This document shows, one piece after another, positions 26,001-32,862 of a stretch of DNA of 64,000 nt. The DNA lies in assembly GCA_963518035.1 (NCBI GenBank), contig CAUQIK010000004.1, forward strand, positions 3,499 through 67,498, given 5' to 3'. How positions within the stretch are numbered: the stretch's first letter is position 1; each line of letters begins with the position of its first letter. The DNA is from an uncultured Streptococcus sp. (GTDB taxonomy: Bacteria > Bacillota > Bacilli > Lactobacillales > Streptococcaceae). Both the position numbers and the translations under genes were made by a program. A model generated the notes under the pieces. The model made no database searches, was not told the DNA's origin, and was given only the letters and a program-made list of their open reading frames with translations.

Positions 26001-27357
26001 CTTCTTGCAGGGCTTCGTAAAGTTCATGATCGTTTTGAGCTCCACCTGTGTAGTAAAGGTGTTCTACATATTTCGAAGTTCCTGAATTTAAGAATTTATC
26101 ATCAGTAGTTAATCCTTTTGATCCATCTGGGTATGTTACATCACGAACCATTGTGATTTTACCAGTTACCTTATCTCCATTTGGATAAGTTATAGTTTTT
26201 GTTATCGGTTGCGCTAGCTTTCTTGCAGGCCCTACTACTGTACCATTAGAGTAGGTAATAGATGCTGCTGCAAAGTCGAACCAGTTAATATTATTTTTAA
26301 GTTGCTCTAAGTTTTTTGTACCCGCAGTACCAACAACAGTATTTCCAGAAGGAATATTAGTTTTAACACCATTTAAAGTAACAGTTGCTTCACCTGCAGT
26401 CGCGTTTCCTTTTTTTACTACCTCAATCATAGAAGGATCCGTAATACTTGGATTGGCATTCATGATTTCACGTTTAACCGCAGCTACTTCTTCATCTGTT
26501 AATTCATTAATATTTTTTACCGGAGTCTTAGTTGTAGGAGCTACGATTGCTGTATTGGTAGTAGTTTCACCTGCCAACACTGCTTCAACCTTACCTACGT
26601 GTCCTGCACGTTTCATCTCAGCATAGACAGCTTCGATAGCAGATGAAATACGTTGAAGTTGGGCATCCAATTCTTCCTTAGTGATTTCTCCGGCAGCAAG
26701 AGCTTTCTTAGAAGCTTCGATTTGAACTTTTGCTGAAGCTACTGCGGTTGCGATTGCTTCTTTTCCAGCTTTATCTTCTGCCTTTTTATCCGCAAAGTTT
26801 GAGGCAGTTGTGTTCAATACTTCTGCTTCAGATGTCAGCTGCTCAAGAACAGTTTTAGTAGCAGTAATTGGGTTTTCTGCTTTCTTTTCGTCCTTTTTAT
26901 CAGCTTTTTCATCAACTGCTTTATCAGCTTTTTTGTCAGTTAAAGGAGCAGTCAGTGTTGCTTTTTCTTTGTCAGCTACTTCTGTTTTTTCAGTTGTAGC
27001 TGTTTCAGATGCTTTATCATCTTTCTTAGATACTTCAGCAGCTAATTTTGCAACTTCCTCATCACTCAAGGCCGGCTTTTCTACTACAGCCGCTTCTGTC
27101 GTAGCAGAAAGAGCTGGTGTCGTCACATTTGCGACATTCTCACTTACCTTATCATCTTTTGGAGCAGATGCCACAGCTTCTGTTTTATTTTCAGTAGCTG
27201 TTTCTTCTGCTTTGGCAGTCGTTTGGGCAGCACCCAAAATCAAGGCTGTCCCCAACAGCACACTCGCAGCACCAAAATGATACTTACGAATAGAGAAACG
27301 TTGGCTCAAACCATACCAATCAAAAGATTTATTTTTTTGTCTTTTTGATTTATACAT
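14080..27357 (-). CDS. Giant (~4425 aa) YSIRK-signal, LPXTG-anchored adhesin with CshA-like/GEVED region and many MucBP/Mub-type Pro-rich repeats
   Basis: QRFSIRKYHFGAASVLLG signal; INWFDF; SSGEVEDF; CshA-repeat-like EGTYTL..GEIKFTP..FVGT; repeated VTRTIKYV..FTR...VTGEITYG.W units; PKPEP run; LPNTG + hydrophobic segment + RKKR tail; start taken at MYKSK. Confidence 0.9.
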   Translation of the reverse strand: MYKSKRQKNKSFDWYGLSQRFSIRKYHFGAASVLLGTALILGAAQTTAKAEETATENKTEAVASAPKDDKVSENVANVTTPALSATTEAAVVEKPALSDEEVAKLAAEVSKKDDKASETATTEKTEVADKEKATLTAPLTDKKADKAVDEKADKKDEKKAENPITATKTVLEQLTSEAEVLNTTASNFADKKAEDKAGKEAIATAVASAKVQIEASKKALAAGEITKEELDAQLQRISSAIEAVYAEMKRAGHVGKVEAVLAGETTTNTAIVAPTTKTPVKNINELTDEEVAAVKREIMNANPSITDPSMIEVVKKGNATAGEATVTLNGVKTNIPSGNTVVGTAGTKNLEQLKNNINWFDFAAASITYSNGTVVGPARKLAQPITKTITYPNGDKVTGKITMVRDVTYPDGSKGLTTDDKFLNSGTSKYVEHLYYTGGAQNDHELYEALQEGMKFNVKTKVEGYALTATVIKLGSKAVDSDPNKTPAGPVNAVRDYGDWGSEKQLAKAQAEDKRFKANATKNKTTLANNPTVSVNGVALTLPEYPTETFANTDAYYSKAAAYHAAVKAYNDAIETQKLSATKLSETGFTYINVNGKAVPSGSANLYKKIGNERKADVLITAQDTQWSYLRKAGLPTTNPDGSEMLTSFTSSRDESNVGVTFALSATYNGRIVDVNVIAADAEEAGRTEIVQFETDGTKWEQFMALNLQKDIDEKTAQGVYPSRQSDVNADGRLAEAGYNPKDWVNVDENGNPSAYGTNTFGANYTSMGSKNSLPIALSQNVKTLSMYLNSAGAQAGTIGFMIYDGGDAPQSYGSAQHIIGDFNKEVIKDGVKTQVTATQPYLGNVKGDPDFRSTKTDPSGGWVLDDLITSEKYKETPLESGKTIVTTDKGVTGKYLLLPNGNAVIEKADNTRVLLNQGDVIEMANPQTKLPIRGVYNHTTGALGEGTLGDEGESQLLDPAVATEYKLRQAQGNEYVLEGVRANLGVNNDKAYVRGWVDFNNNGKFDLNESSEIVEVNKNGTYNIKFKNTPQLLDTSADSLGVRLRISLTKDEILEPTGVASSGEVEDFETHVIHMPRGTKHETSDFQGREQTVKLPTNAMFTASGKNKDSKYKQWAQIENESLPPKIVLTDKQVASEEAYTPTDSELPSNYRKGDNGKVFVERNGATVFTGEYVTVKDKNNKVLGKGLKITNPLNNKTEYLLDTYTEYDTAGNEVGTYKVNPASNGKNVSIGNGLYETTLTFKPVDAYVGTAKGIAVRAWDDNNSSTGWEATNDTIEASKTSTTLAEKDKVLENVNNGNNGYKSMDTSYIPTVIDVRPVGEDTITEDVQGAEQKSNPTIPAYATVETVTNDKIEDTKYTANFAILDKTKKPTLATKKEIPGKVYTEDTKVDKETEVTLPSGNTATFKPADKIPANTRIAETEAVTVNGTGDVLVSNVRYGTGSVPAGAILEGAEPTVTEPTTVLRNGANVVIPVGSKVQKGDQLVTPLKITGGAQITTWKKTYQNGETIPQVTADKFSVLGKETPADQLVPKGESVTLNGTTYNANNDIVPKGSREATTYENLMGSKLPDAVHIDPETGEVTTVPRSYTKVTDTEIVIENEGTYTLNQDSGEIKFTPHPKFVGTGTGVVKQQPDIDYNDKVAGDSVTSKYGTDYGKAKYIPIVKPQSKASITRTIHYVYENDNDNPASQDSYKDNDPIVAIDNTPVTRTQTIDYTRDYKIFSEAGTTDSAITTTNQVTDASGHVYNVGDTIPAGTKFNQGSIIIGKWTASSDANSKFKEIISPTVKGYTAEVVTANFTPNADGKMGHIHNGKQPVGLYTPVADNTKDVGAYEPLVSEVRSDDKDDFDMYVVYKADTQKAKVTYIDLDATGDARILEVQNANPAPATGADAKTTYGVTTLKGKSHTAIPYKTAETIKKYEDLGYELVTDDFTNNTQGNPVEGGRKFDDDKEVDQAFNVYLRHKKVTRKIKDTQEVTRTIEYKYASTDDVPADKRGTTAAPTVTETLHYERDRTIDYTLAAKEYPTEYATYKAVLDKSGYDSPEEYKARTVYYDHITNKAIAADATAAQKSIVTFGPWTPVGGTSNDAITLSDAEKAKDDKFNLVNSPEVTGYVPDNATVEATAAIDAEADDYKITVLYTPVEQKAVVKFVEVDPTNTDKVITPGLADPIAVTGKSEAAYPATTATSVTDKIAELVKKGYELVNNGFVSTDKFDKDAAVDQEYVVKFKAKVVDVPSFDPTKPSSDDNPKPTPGVTPIDPNNPDGPKWTEALINAVKVQEEVTRTIKYVYEDGTPVAESDLTSVADKKVKTLKFTRSGKINVATGEITYGDWSADQTFEAVTSPTLEKYTAALAGVTPAVADVPAKTVAATDKDFEETVIYSTKPTTVDPNKPTDPTNPNVTPQPDDVVPNDPKGRTYRELGLVEEVTHTVHYKLEDGSDAGIADNVQTLTFTRTAEVDPVTGAISNYGTWKARGGDTTIDAVTTPNKDGYVASAKTSTERTNVSATDKDSEETIIYRKLGSYVPVVPEGITPPADADLNPKPYPNATPADPTKPGTPTETPVVPYIPGTTPVGPNGKPLTPKDPNDPSKGYEVPGLPTDPTENTTITYVKDGSQVAVVHFIEVNSETDKTEKGAVAESVVDTGDTGKAFTKAADVTSTIEALKAKGYTVVENNYPTDGTFDADSKTNQVYKVLVTAKPITVNPNDPTPTKDQPIDPNNPTGPKWTPELIKELEDGRKEEVKRTIKYVYADGSKAADSVQETKEFKRSATINPVTGKVTFGEWSPAQTFEAVTSPKVTNFTPDKETVPATEVTATAEDITETVIYTTKPANIDPSKPVDPNTPNVTPKPEDKVPNDPKGRTYKELGLIEEVTHTVHYKLADGSDAGIPDNVQTLTFTRTADLDPVTGAISNFGTWTAKDNDTTIDAVTTPNKPGYVASAAKSTERTEVKATDKDSEETIIYRKLGSYVPVIPEGVTPPADADLTPKPYEDPTSEDPTKPGTPTETPVVPYIPGTTPVGPNGKPLTPKDPNDPTKGYEVPKQPEDPTQNTTITYVKDGSQVALVHFIKEDGTAVHVSVAEAGDTGKAIKTTNIDNVKAELEAKGYEVVAPTDAAYTAERVAFYAEANRTFDDKDDKGNDGISQVYYVIVKEGITPIDPDKPLDPNNPNTTPKPGDKVPGDPKQRTYEQLGLLDEVNRTINYRYANTDKVEEAKRGQEAAATVEQKLRYSRKGDLNKVTGEITYTSDWTEPQTLAEVTSPVIDGYVADIKAAEKVENVAHDAADSVVNVVYTPLGKYVPKVPEGFEVPKVEKPQYPNDPTDPTKPGTPTTVIPHVPGTTPKDPNGNPLKPVDPNDPSKGYVPPTPETPTEDTEITYEKDTQKAKVTYVVEGTGTVLHTDNLEGKSGEPIEYSTVAKLAELKALGYDLVSDGFTTATDKNYDKDTKVDQSFVVTVTPHVEPIKPVDPENPNDPNKPKPGDPIDPKNPDGPKWTEDLIKKIDTTRHVNRTIKYVNEKGEEVAKKVTDKVTFNREAKINSVTGEITYGNWTAKDGDTTFDKVESPVVKGYILKDAKQKEVAATTGLTADSKDENIEVVYTKLGSWVPKVPEGETPIDPLPYPNDPNDPTKPGNDRPIVPYVPGTTPKDPNGNPLKPVDPNDPSKGYVPPTPETPTEDTEITYEKDTQKAKVTYVVEGTGTVLHTDNLEGKSGEPIEYSTVAKLAELKALGYDLVSDGFTTATDKNYDKDTKVDQSFVVTVTPHVEPIKPVDPENPNDPNKPKPGDPIDPKNPDGPKWTEDLIKKIDTTRHVNRTIKYVNEKGEEVAKKVTDKVTFNREAKINSVTGEITYGNWTAKDGDTTFDKVESPVVKGYILKDAKQKEVAATTGLTADSKDENIEVVYTKLGSWIPKVPEGSTPVPPVTYPNDPKDPTKPGTDKPKVPYIPGTTPVVPKDPTKPISPDNPLVPLTPVDPNDPTKGYEVPPVPTDPGTDTPITYVTDKQKAITNFVDEKGKVVSTPVIDEGDSGANFTKSKVDEVTKTIEKLEKAGYRVVKNEFPSKDTDRVFDKDKSVDQIFTVTVAERIIPVTPGKPVDPTDPNLPKNPDGTPVTPSTPEPGKPVFPNDPNSPVWPNTVKDLVTEKAATRTIKYVDRNGKEVSETRVETIKFTREAKVNLVTGEITYGEWTTDRNDDIFNGYQVPVVKGYIAKAGDLESSTKDVQVTPDTIKDINETVIYDKLGSWIPNIPGTPTNPITYPNDPKDPTKPGTDKPKVPYVPGFIPVDPEGQPLKPVDPNDPTKGYEVPDVPGDPTQDTPINYIPKDPTPNPTPYPGPTPAPTPKPEPKPEPKPEPKPEPETPQPVTPADNGDNNGNNNGTPTTPAQPAEPSTPQYMDGQRELPNTGTEDHASLAALGLLGVLSGFGLIARKKREDEE
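15655..17370. repeat. Near-identical tandem duplication (period 909 bp, 303 aa) inside the adhesin
   Basis: 15655-~16460 recurs at 16564-~17370; antisense ORFs 15833-16120 and 16742-17029 translate identically. Confidence 0.95.
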
Positions 27358-27445
27358 AATGTTCACTTTCCACATTTTTTTATGCAATTTCAAATTACAA
27401 TTACATATCATAAATTATACCACGTAAACGCCATCAAAACAACTA

Positions 27446-27469
27446 TAATCAACAGTTTAATCAACAGTT
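27446..27469. promoter_or_regulatory. Perfect 12-bp tandem direct repeat upstream of the adhesin promoter
   Basis: TAATCAACAGTT x2; extended -10 TGGTATAAT on the minus strand at 27414-27422. Confidence 0.5.
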
Positions 27470-27626
27470 TTTTTCTGTGTTATAAAAGTATTTTTTTCTT
27501 GTTATTTTAAAAATTAATATGTTAAAATATATGTACTTGTGCATATTATTCTGCGAAGAGATTAATCTTGGTTTTTAGCCATTTTTTTGATATAATAATC
27601 TTAAGTATAATTTTATTGGAGGTTCT

Positions 27627-29909
27627 ATGCGTTTTAATCAATTCAGCTATTTAGCGCTACCTAGAGATACAATTATCTTTGAATTAAAAAAGTACGGGTT
27701 TGATTTACCAGTCAACATTACAAATAAAAAGATGCTTGAAGCGTTTCTTATTCGTTTCTTTTTTAATTACAAAGATAGCACCTATCCCCTATCCAGTTTA
27801 GCAGCTGATAAAGAAACTGACTTACTGACATTTTTTCAGTCAGATAAAGAGTTGACTGCAGATATTTTCTATACTGTAGTCTTTCAACTTTTAGGTTTTT
27901 CTTATTTGGTTGATTTTGAAGACAGTGATGTTTTTCGTAAAGAAACTGGTTTTCCCATTATATATGGTGACTTGATTGAAAATCTCTATCAGTTGCTTAA
28001 TACTCGAACCAAAAAAGGAAACCTCCTGATTGATCAACTGGTAAGTGATGGTCTCATCCCTGAAGATAATACCTACCACTACTTTAACGGCAAGAGTTTA
28101 GCAACTTTTTCTAGCCATGATGTGATTCGAGAAGTCGTTTACGTTGAGTCTCGTGTCGATACTGATCAAAAGGGCCTACCAGACTTAGTCAAGGTCAGCA
28201 TTATTCGACCTCGTTTTGATGGGCAAATCCCTGCTATCATGACAGCCAGCCCCTACCATCAGGGAACAAATGACAAGGCTAGCGACAAGGCTCTCTACAA
28301 GATGGAGGGCAATCTCGATGTTAAGCCTGCTCACAAGATTGAGCTAGAGGAACCTCAACTCAATCTCGTCCAAGCTCATGGTCAAGCTGAGCTTGTGTCA
28401 GAAGCTGAGGAAAAGCTAACGCACATCAACGCTAGCTATACACTCAACGACTACTTCCTTCCACGAGGCTTTGCTAATCTCTATGTCTCAGGTCTTGGTA
28501 CCAAAGACTCTACTGGTTTCATGACTAATGGGGACTACCAGCAAATCGAGGCTTATAAAAATGTTATTGATTGGCTCAACGGTCGTTGCCGTGCCTTTAC
28601 TGACCACACGCGCCAGCGTCAAGTCAAGGCTGACTGGTCAAACGGAAAAGTAGCTACAACAGGACTTTCCTATCTAGGTACCATGTCAAACGGCCTTGCC
28701 ACTACTGGTGTAGATGGCTTAGAAGTTATCATTGCCGAGGCTGGTATTTCCTCATGGTACAACTACTATCGTGAAAATGGTTTAGTGACTAGCCCAGGTG
28801 GTTATCCAGGTGAGGACTTTGATTCTCTTGCTGAGTTAACCTACTCTCGTAATCTCTTGGCTGGCGACTTTATTCGTGGTAATGAAGCTCACCAAGCTGA
28901 TTTGGAAAAGGTAAAAGAACAACTGGATCGCAAGACTGGCGACTACAATCAGTTTTGGCATGACCGCAATTATCTGCTCAATGCTGATAAAGTGAAGGCA
29001 GAGGTTGTCTTTACCCATGGTTCTCAGGATTGGAATGTCAAACCACTTCATGTTTACCAGATGTTTCACGCCCTTCCTGATCATATAAACAAGCACCTCT
29101 TTTTCCATAATGGCGCACATGTTTACATGAACAACTGGCAGTCCATTGACTTCCGTGAGTCCATGAATGCTTTGTTGACAAAGAAATTACTGGGACAAGA
29201 AACAGATTTTCAACTTCCTACTGTTATCTGGCAGGACAATACAACTCCTCAGACTTGGTTATCTCTTGATAACTTTGGTGAGCAAGAAAACTTCTTGACC
29301 TTCTCACTCGGTCAAGAAGAACAGGTCATTCAAAACCAGTACTCAGATAAGGATTTTGAGCGTTATGGTAAGACATACCAGACCTTCAATACGGAACTCT
29401 ATCAAGGGAAAGCCAATCAGATTACTATTGACCTGTCTGTGACCAAAGATCTCCACCTGAACGGTCGCGCTCAGCTCAATCTTCGTATCAAATCTAGTAC
29501 AAACAAGGGACTCTTATCAGCCCAACTGCTAGAATTTGGTCAAAAGAAATACCTACAGCCTTATCCAGCTATTTTAAGTGCTAGAACCATTGACAACGGT
29601 CGCTATCACATGCTGGAAAATCTCTGTGAATTGCCATTTAGTGCAACTACACAACGAGTCATTACAAAAGGCTATCTCAATTTACAAAATAGAAATGATT
29701 TACTGTTAGTAGAGGATATTAAGGCAGATGAATGGATGGATGTCCAGTTTGAACTGCAACCAACTATTTACAAGCTAAAAGAAGGAGACACTCTCCGTTT
29801 AGTCCTCTATACTACTGACTTTGAAATCACCATACGTGACAACACCGCTTACCACCTGACTGTTGATCTTGAACAGTCTACTCTTACCCTACCTTGTCAA
29901 AAGGTATAA
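27627..29909 (+). CDS. pepX: Xaa-Pro dipeptidyl-peptidase
   Basis: MRFNQFSY start, catalytic [16 protein letters not shown]. Confidence 0.95.
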   Translation: MRFNQFSYLALPRDTIIFELKKYGFDLPVNITNKKMLEAFLIRFFFNYKDSTYPLSSLAADKETDLLTFFQSDKELTADIFYTVVFQLLGFSYLVDFEDSDVFRKETGFPIIYGDLIENLYQLLNTRTKKGNLLIDQLVSDGLIPEDNTYHYFNGKSLATFSSHDVIREVVYVESRVDTDQKGLPDLVKVSIIRPRFDGQIPAIMTASPYHQGTNDKASDKALYKMEGNLDVKPAHKIELEEPQLNLVQAHGQAELVSEAEEKLTHINASYTLNDYFLPRGFANLYVSGLGTKDSTGFMTNGDYQQIEAYKNVIDWLNGRCRAFTDHTRQRQVKADWSNGKVATTGLSYLGTMSNGLATTGVDGLEVIIAEAGISSWYNYYRENGLVTSPGGYPGEDFDSLAELTYSRNLLAGDFIRGNEAHQADLEKVKEQLDRKTGDYNQFWHDRNYLLNADKVKAEVVFTHGSQDWNVKPLHVYQMFHALPDHINKHLFFHNGAHVYMNNWQSIDFRESMNALLTKKLLGQETDFQLPTVIWQDNTTPQTWLSLDNFGEQENFLTFSLGQEEQVIQNQYSDKDFERYGKTYQTFNTELYQGKANQITIDLSVTKDLHLNGRAQLNLRIKSSTNKGLLSAQLLEFGQKKYLQPYPAILSARTIDNGRYHMLENLCELPFSATTQRVITKGYLNLQNRNDLLLVEDIKADEWMDVQFELQPTIYKLKEGDTLRLVLYTTDFEITIRDNTAYHLTVDLEQSTLTLPCQKV

Positions 29910-30404
29910 TATCAGACTTTCAGTGTTGAAATTTTCCAAGGAAAGCTTAATTACGTGACCATTTGCCTTCCTATAACCAATAAACTCCACTTGAACAGTC
30001 GAAAGAAACTACAACTTGGTATCAAATCCAGTCCAAATAAAGGCTATTAGAAGCCCTACTACTGGAGCTTGAACAAAAGATACCACCCCATAACCAACAT
30101 GTGTAACCCTCTATCATACACGCTACCACACCACATGTTGGACAAGCTATGTGAATTGCTGTTTAGCGTAGATTCACAAGAGGCCGTGACAAAATGCTAC
30201 CAAAATTGAATGATTTACTATTAGTAGAGAACAACCATGCAGATGAAGGGATACCCAACTAGTGACAAGTTAAAAGAGGGAGATGCTCTCCATCTAGTTC
30301 TTTATACTATTGACTTTGAAATCATCATACGTGACAATACCGCTTACCACCCGACTGACGATTTCGATCAGTCCACGCTTTCTGTACTTTGTACAAGGAG
30401 TAAA
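29910..30404 (+). pseudogene. Degenerate tandem copy of the pepX 3' end
   Basis: Colinear similarity to 29376-29909, e.g. TGACTTTGAAATCAtCATACGTGACAAtACCGCTTACCACC (30311-) versus TGACTTTGAAATCAcCATACGTGACAAcACCGCTTACCACC (29816-); contains stops and indels. Confidence 0.8.
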
Positions 30405-30408
30405 TTTT

Positions 30409-30879
30409 ATGAATAAATCTGAACACCGCCACCAACTCATACGGGCACTTGTAACCAAAAACAAGATTCATACTCAAGCTGAGTTACAAGCTCTTCTTGC
30501 TGATAACGACATTCAAGTTACTCAGGCAACTCTTTCCCGTGATATCAAAACAATGAATCTTTCAAAAATACGTGAAGAAGATAATTCTTACTACGTGCTC
30601 AATACTGGTTCAATTTCAAAATGGGAAAAACGCCTAGAAACTTATATGGAAGATGCTCTTGTACTGATGCGTCCAGTTCAACATCAAGTACTTTTGAAAA
30701 CTCTTCCTGGTCTGGCTCAATCATTCGGTTCTATTATTGATGCCTTGAACTTCCCTGACGCTATCGCTACCCTCTGTGGTGATGATGTCTGTCTTGTCAT
30801 CTGTGAAGATGCAGAGGCTGCACAAAATTGCTTTGAAGAATTGAAAAAATTTACACCACCCTTCTTCTTTGGTGAATAA
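30409..30879 (+). CDS. argR: Arginine repressor family regulator
   Basis: [38 protein letters not shown] before MNKSEHR. Confidence 0.93.
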   Translation: MNKSEHRHQLIRALVTKNKIHTQAELQALLADNDIQVTQATLSRDIKTMNLSKIREEDNSYYVLNTGSISKWEKRLETYMEDALVLMRPVQHQVLLKTLPGLAQSFGSIIDALNFPDAIATLCGDDVCLVICEDAEAAQNCFEELKKFTPPFFFGE

Positions 30880-30881
30880 CA

Positions 30882-30915
30882 AAATTCCGTGTCTGATGAG
30901 GCACGGAATTTTTTA
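30882..30915. terminator. Bidirectional terminator between argR and the obgE operon
   Basis: AAAATTCCGTG...CACGGAATTTTTT. Confidence 0.8.
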
Positions 30916-30921
30916 TCTTCT

Positions 30922-31080
30922 CTACTGAGATGGATTTTCATTTTTGGTTCGTGCCAATCTCAGGGCACGATTTGGATTGAGACGATTAAATAGTTCTTCC
31001 AATTTCTTTTCATTCCAAACATCTGCGGCGGAAACGAAATTGCCATCCGCATCTCGGAAAGATATCGGTTTATCTCCCAT
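30922..31080 (-). CDS. Small hypothetical protein (52 aa) downstream of obgE
   Basis: Not in the ORF track. GGAG RBS next to the obgE stop; MGDKPISFRDADGNFVSAADVWNEKKLEELFNRLNPNRALRLARTKNENPSQ. Confidence 0.7.
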   Translation of the reverse strand: MGDKPISFRDADGNFVSAADVWNEKKLEELFNRLNPNRALRLARTKNENPSQ

Positions 31081-31089
31081 ACCAGTCTC

Positions 31090-32400
31090 CTAGTCTACAA
31101 ATTCAAACTCAAATTTACCAATGCGGACCAAGTCCCCATCCTTAGCACCACGCGCACGAAGGGCTTCATCAACCCCCATACCACGAAGCTGGCGAGCAAA
31201 TTTCATGACTGATTCGTCACGATCAAAGTTGGTCATGTTAAAGAGTTTCATGAGTTTTTCACCAGAAAGTAGCCATGTTGCATCATCATCACGACTAATT
31301 TCAAAGGCTTTTTCTTCCTCATCAAATCCATAGTAAGCTTCTTCTTCCATATCTGACTCGTCGTAGAGCAAGAATTCTGGTGTCTTGTCTAACAATTCAG
31401 CTGTAGCATCCAAAAGTGTAGCCAGACCTTGCTTGGTCAAACCAGATATTGGGAAAATAGCTGGTAACTCTTCAAATTCATCGTAGTTTTCAGCTAGTTT
31501 CTGCTTGAATTCTACAAGATTTTCCTGACTCTCAGGCATATCCATCTTATTAGCTACGATGATCTGCGGACGCTCCATGAGGCGAAGATTGTACGACTCC
31601 AACTCCTTATTGATAGCTAGGTAGTCCTCATAAGGATCACGGCCTTCGCTAGCTGACATATCAATAATATGAAGGATGACACGTGTACGCTCGATGTGAC
31701 GGAGGAACTGAGTTCCCAGACCAACTCCTTGACTAGCTCCTTCAATCAAACCTGGTAAATCTGCTACTGCAAAAGATTCTCCTGATTGGGTACGAACCAT
31801 TCCTAGATTTGGCACAATAGTCGTAAAGTGGTAGGCACCAATTTTAGGTTTAGCCGAGGTAATAACACTTAAAAGTGTTGATTTCCCTACAGATGGGAAA
31901 CCTACTAAACCGACATCTGCTAAGATTTTTAGTTCCAATTGTAACTCACGTTCCTGACCTGGTTCTCCATTTTCAGAGATTTCCGGTGCAGGATTTTTCG
32001 GTGTCGCAAAGCGGATATTTCCACGACCACCACGACCACCGTGGGCTACAATAAATTCTTGACCGTGTTCAATCAAATCTGTCAAGACCTTGCCTGTCTC
32101 AGCATCACGAACAGTCGTACCTTGCGGTACACGAACTCTTAGGTCTTCAGCACCACGACCATGCATCCCTTTGGTCATTCCTTTTTCACCAGAATCAGCC
32201 TTGAAATGGCGATTGTAGCGGAAATCCATCAAGGTACGCAAACCTTCGTCTACAACGAAGACGACATTACCTCCACGACCACCATCACCACCCCAAGGAC
32301 CGCCATTAGGGACATATTTTTCACGGCGAAAGGCAACCATACCATCGCCACCATTACCAGCCTTGACCTTAATCTTGGCTGTATCTAAAAACATACTCAT
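31090..32400 (-). CDS. obgE: GTPase ObgE/CgtA
   Basis: Gly-rich Obg fold [24 protein letters not shown]. Confidence 0.97.
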   Translation of the reverse strand: MSMFLDTAKIKVKAGNGGDGMVAFRREKYVPNGGPWGGDGGRGGNVVFVVDEGLRTLMDFRYNRHFKADSGEKGMTKGMHGRGAEDLRVRVPQGTTVRDAETGKVLTDLIEHGQEFIVAHGGRGGRGNIRFATPKNPAPEISENGEPGQERELQLELKILADVGLVGFPSVGKSTLLSVITSAKPKIGAYHFTTIVPNLGMVRTQSGESFAVADLPGLIEGASQGVGLGTQFLRHIERTRVILHIIDMSASEGRDPYEDYLAINKELESYNLRLMERPQIIVANKMDMPESQENLVEFKQKLAENYDEFEELPAIFPISGLTKQGLATLLDATAELLDKTPEFLLYDESDMEEEAYYGFDEEEKAFEISRDDDATWLLSGEKLMKLFNMTNFDRDESVMKFARQLRGMGVDEALRARGAKDGDLVRIGKFEFEFVD

Positions 32401-32463
32401 TTTTTCTTCTCACTTTAAAAAAGGGCTGGGAAATCCCAGTCACAAAATTTTCTTGAATCTATT

Positions 32464-32598
32464 TTATAGATTACTGAGGGCACCAATTGCAGTTGCAAAA
32501 ATTCCCAATAAACTTGCTACTAGCATGATAATCACGATAAGCAAGGTTATTTTCTCAAACAAGGTTTTTTTACGATTTCCATTATCTCCAAATGCCAT
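32464..32598 (-). CDS. Small membrane protein (44 aa), DUF4044-like
   Basis: Not in the ORF track. AAGGAG RBS; MAFGDNGNRKKTLFEKITLLIVIIMLVASLLGIFATAIGALSNL; typical position upstream of obgE. Confidence 0.75.
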   Translation of the reverse strand: MAFGDNGNRKKTLFEKITLLIVIIMLVASLLGIFATAIGALSNL

Positions 32599-32656
32599 TT
32601 TTATCTCCTTCGTTACATTCTATTTTCTATTATCTTAGCATGAATTTAGCTAGTTT

Positions 32657-32848
32657 TCAATAGTCAGTTGCTACAGGTGCAATAATCCATAAAATGATAT
32701 AAGCTACAATTCCTGCCCCATAACAAAATGCAAGAACACCCCATATTACACGAACAATAGTCGGATCAATATCAAAATAATTTGCGACCCCAGCACATAC
32801 TCCAGCAATTTTTTGATCACTACCACTTCTCATCAATTGTTTTTTCAT
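32657..32848 (-). CDS. Phage-shock PspC domain-containing small membrane protein
   Basis: LMRS..DQKIAGVCAGVANYFDIDPTIVRV...YIILWIIAP. Confidence 0.88.
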   Translation of the reverse strand: MKKQLMRSGSDQKIAGVCAGVANYFDIDPTIVRVIWGVLAFCYGAGIVAYIILWIIAPVATDY

Positions 32849-32862
32849 AGCTATTCCTCTTT

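Noticed and set aside
30310..30408. 33-aa N-terminal extension of ArgR in the ORF track
   Set aside because: It derives from the decayed pepX copy; the real start is ATG 30409 with an AAGGAG RBS
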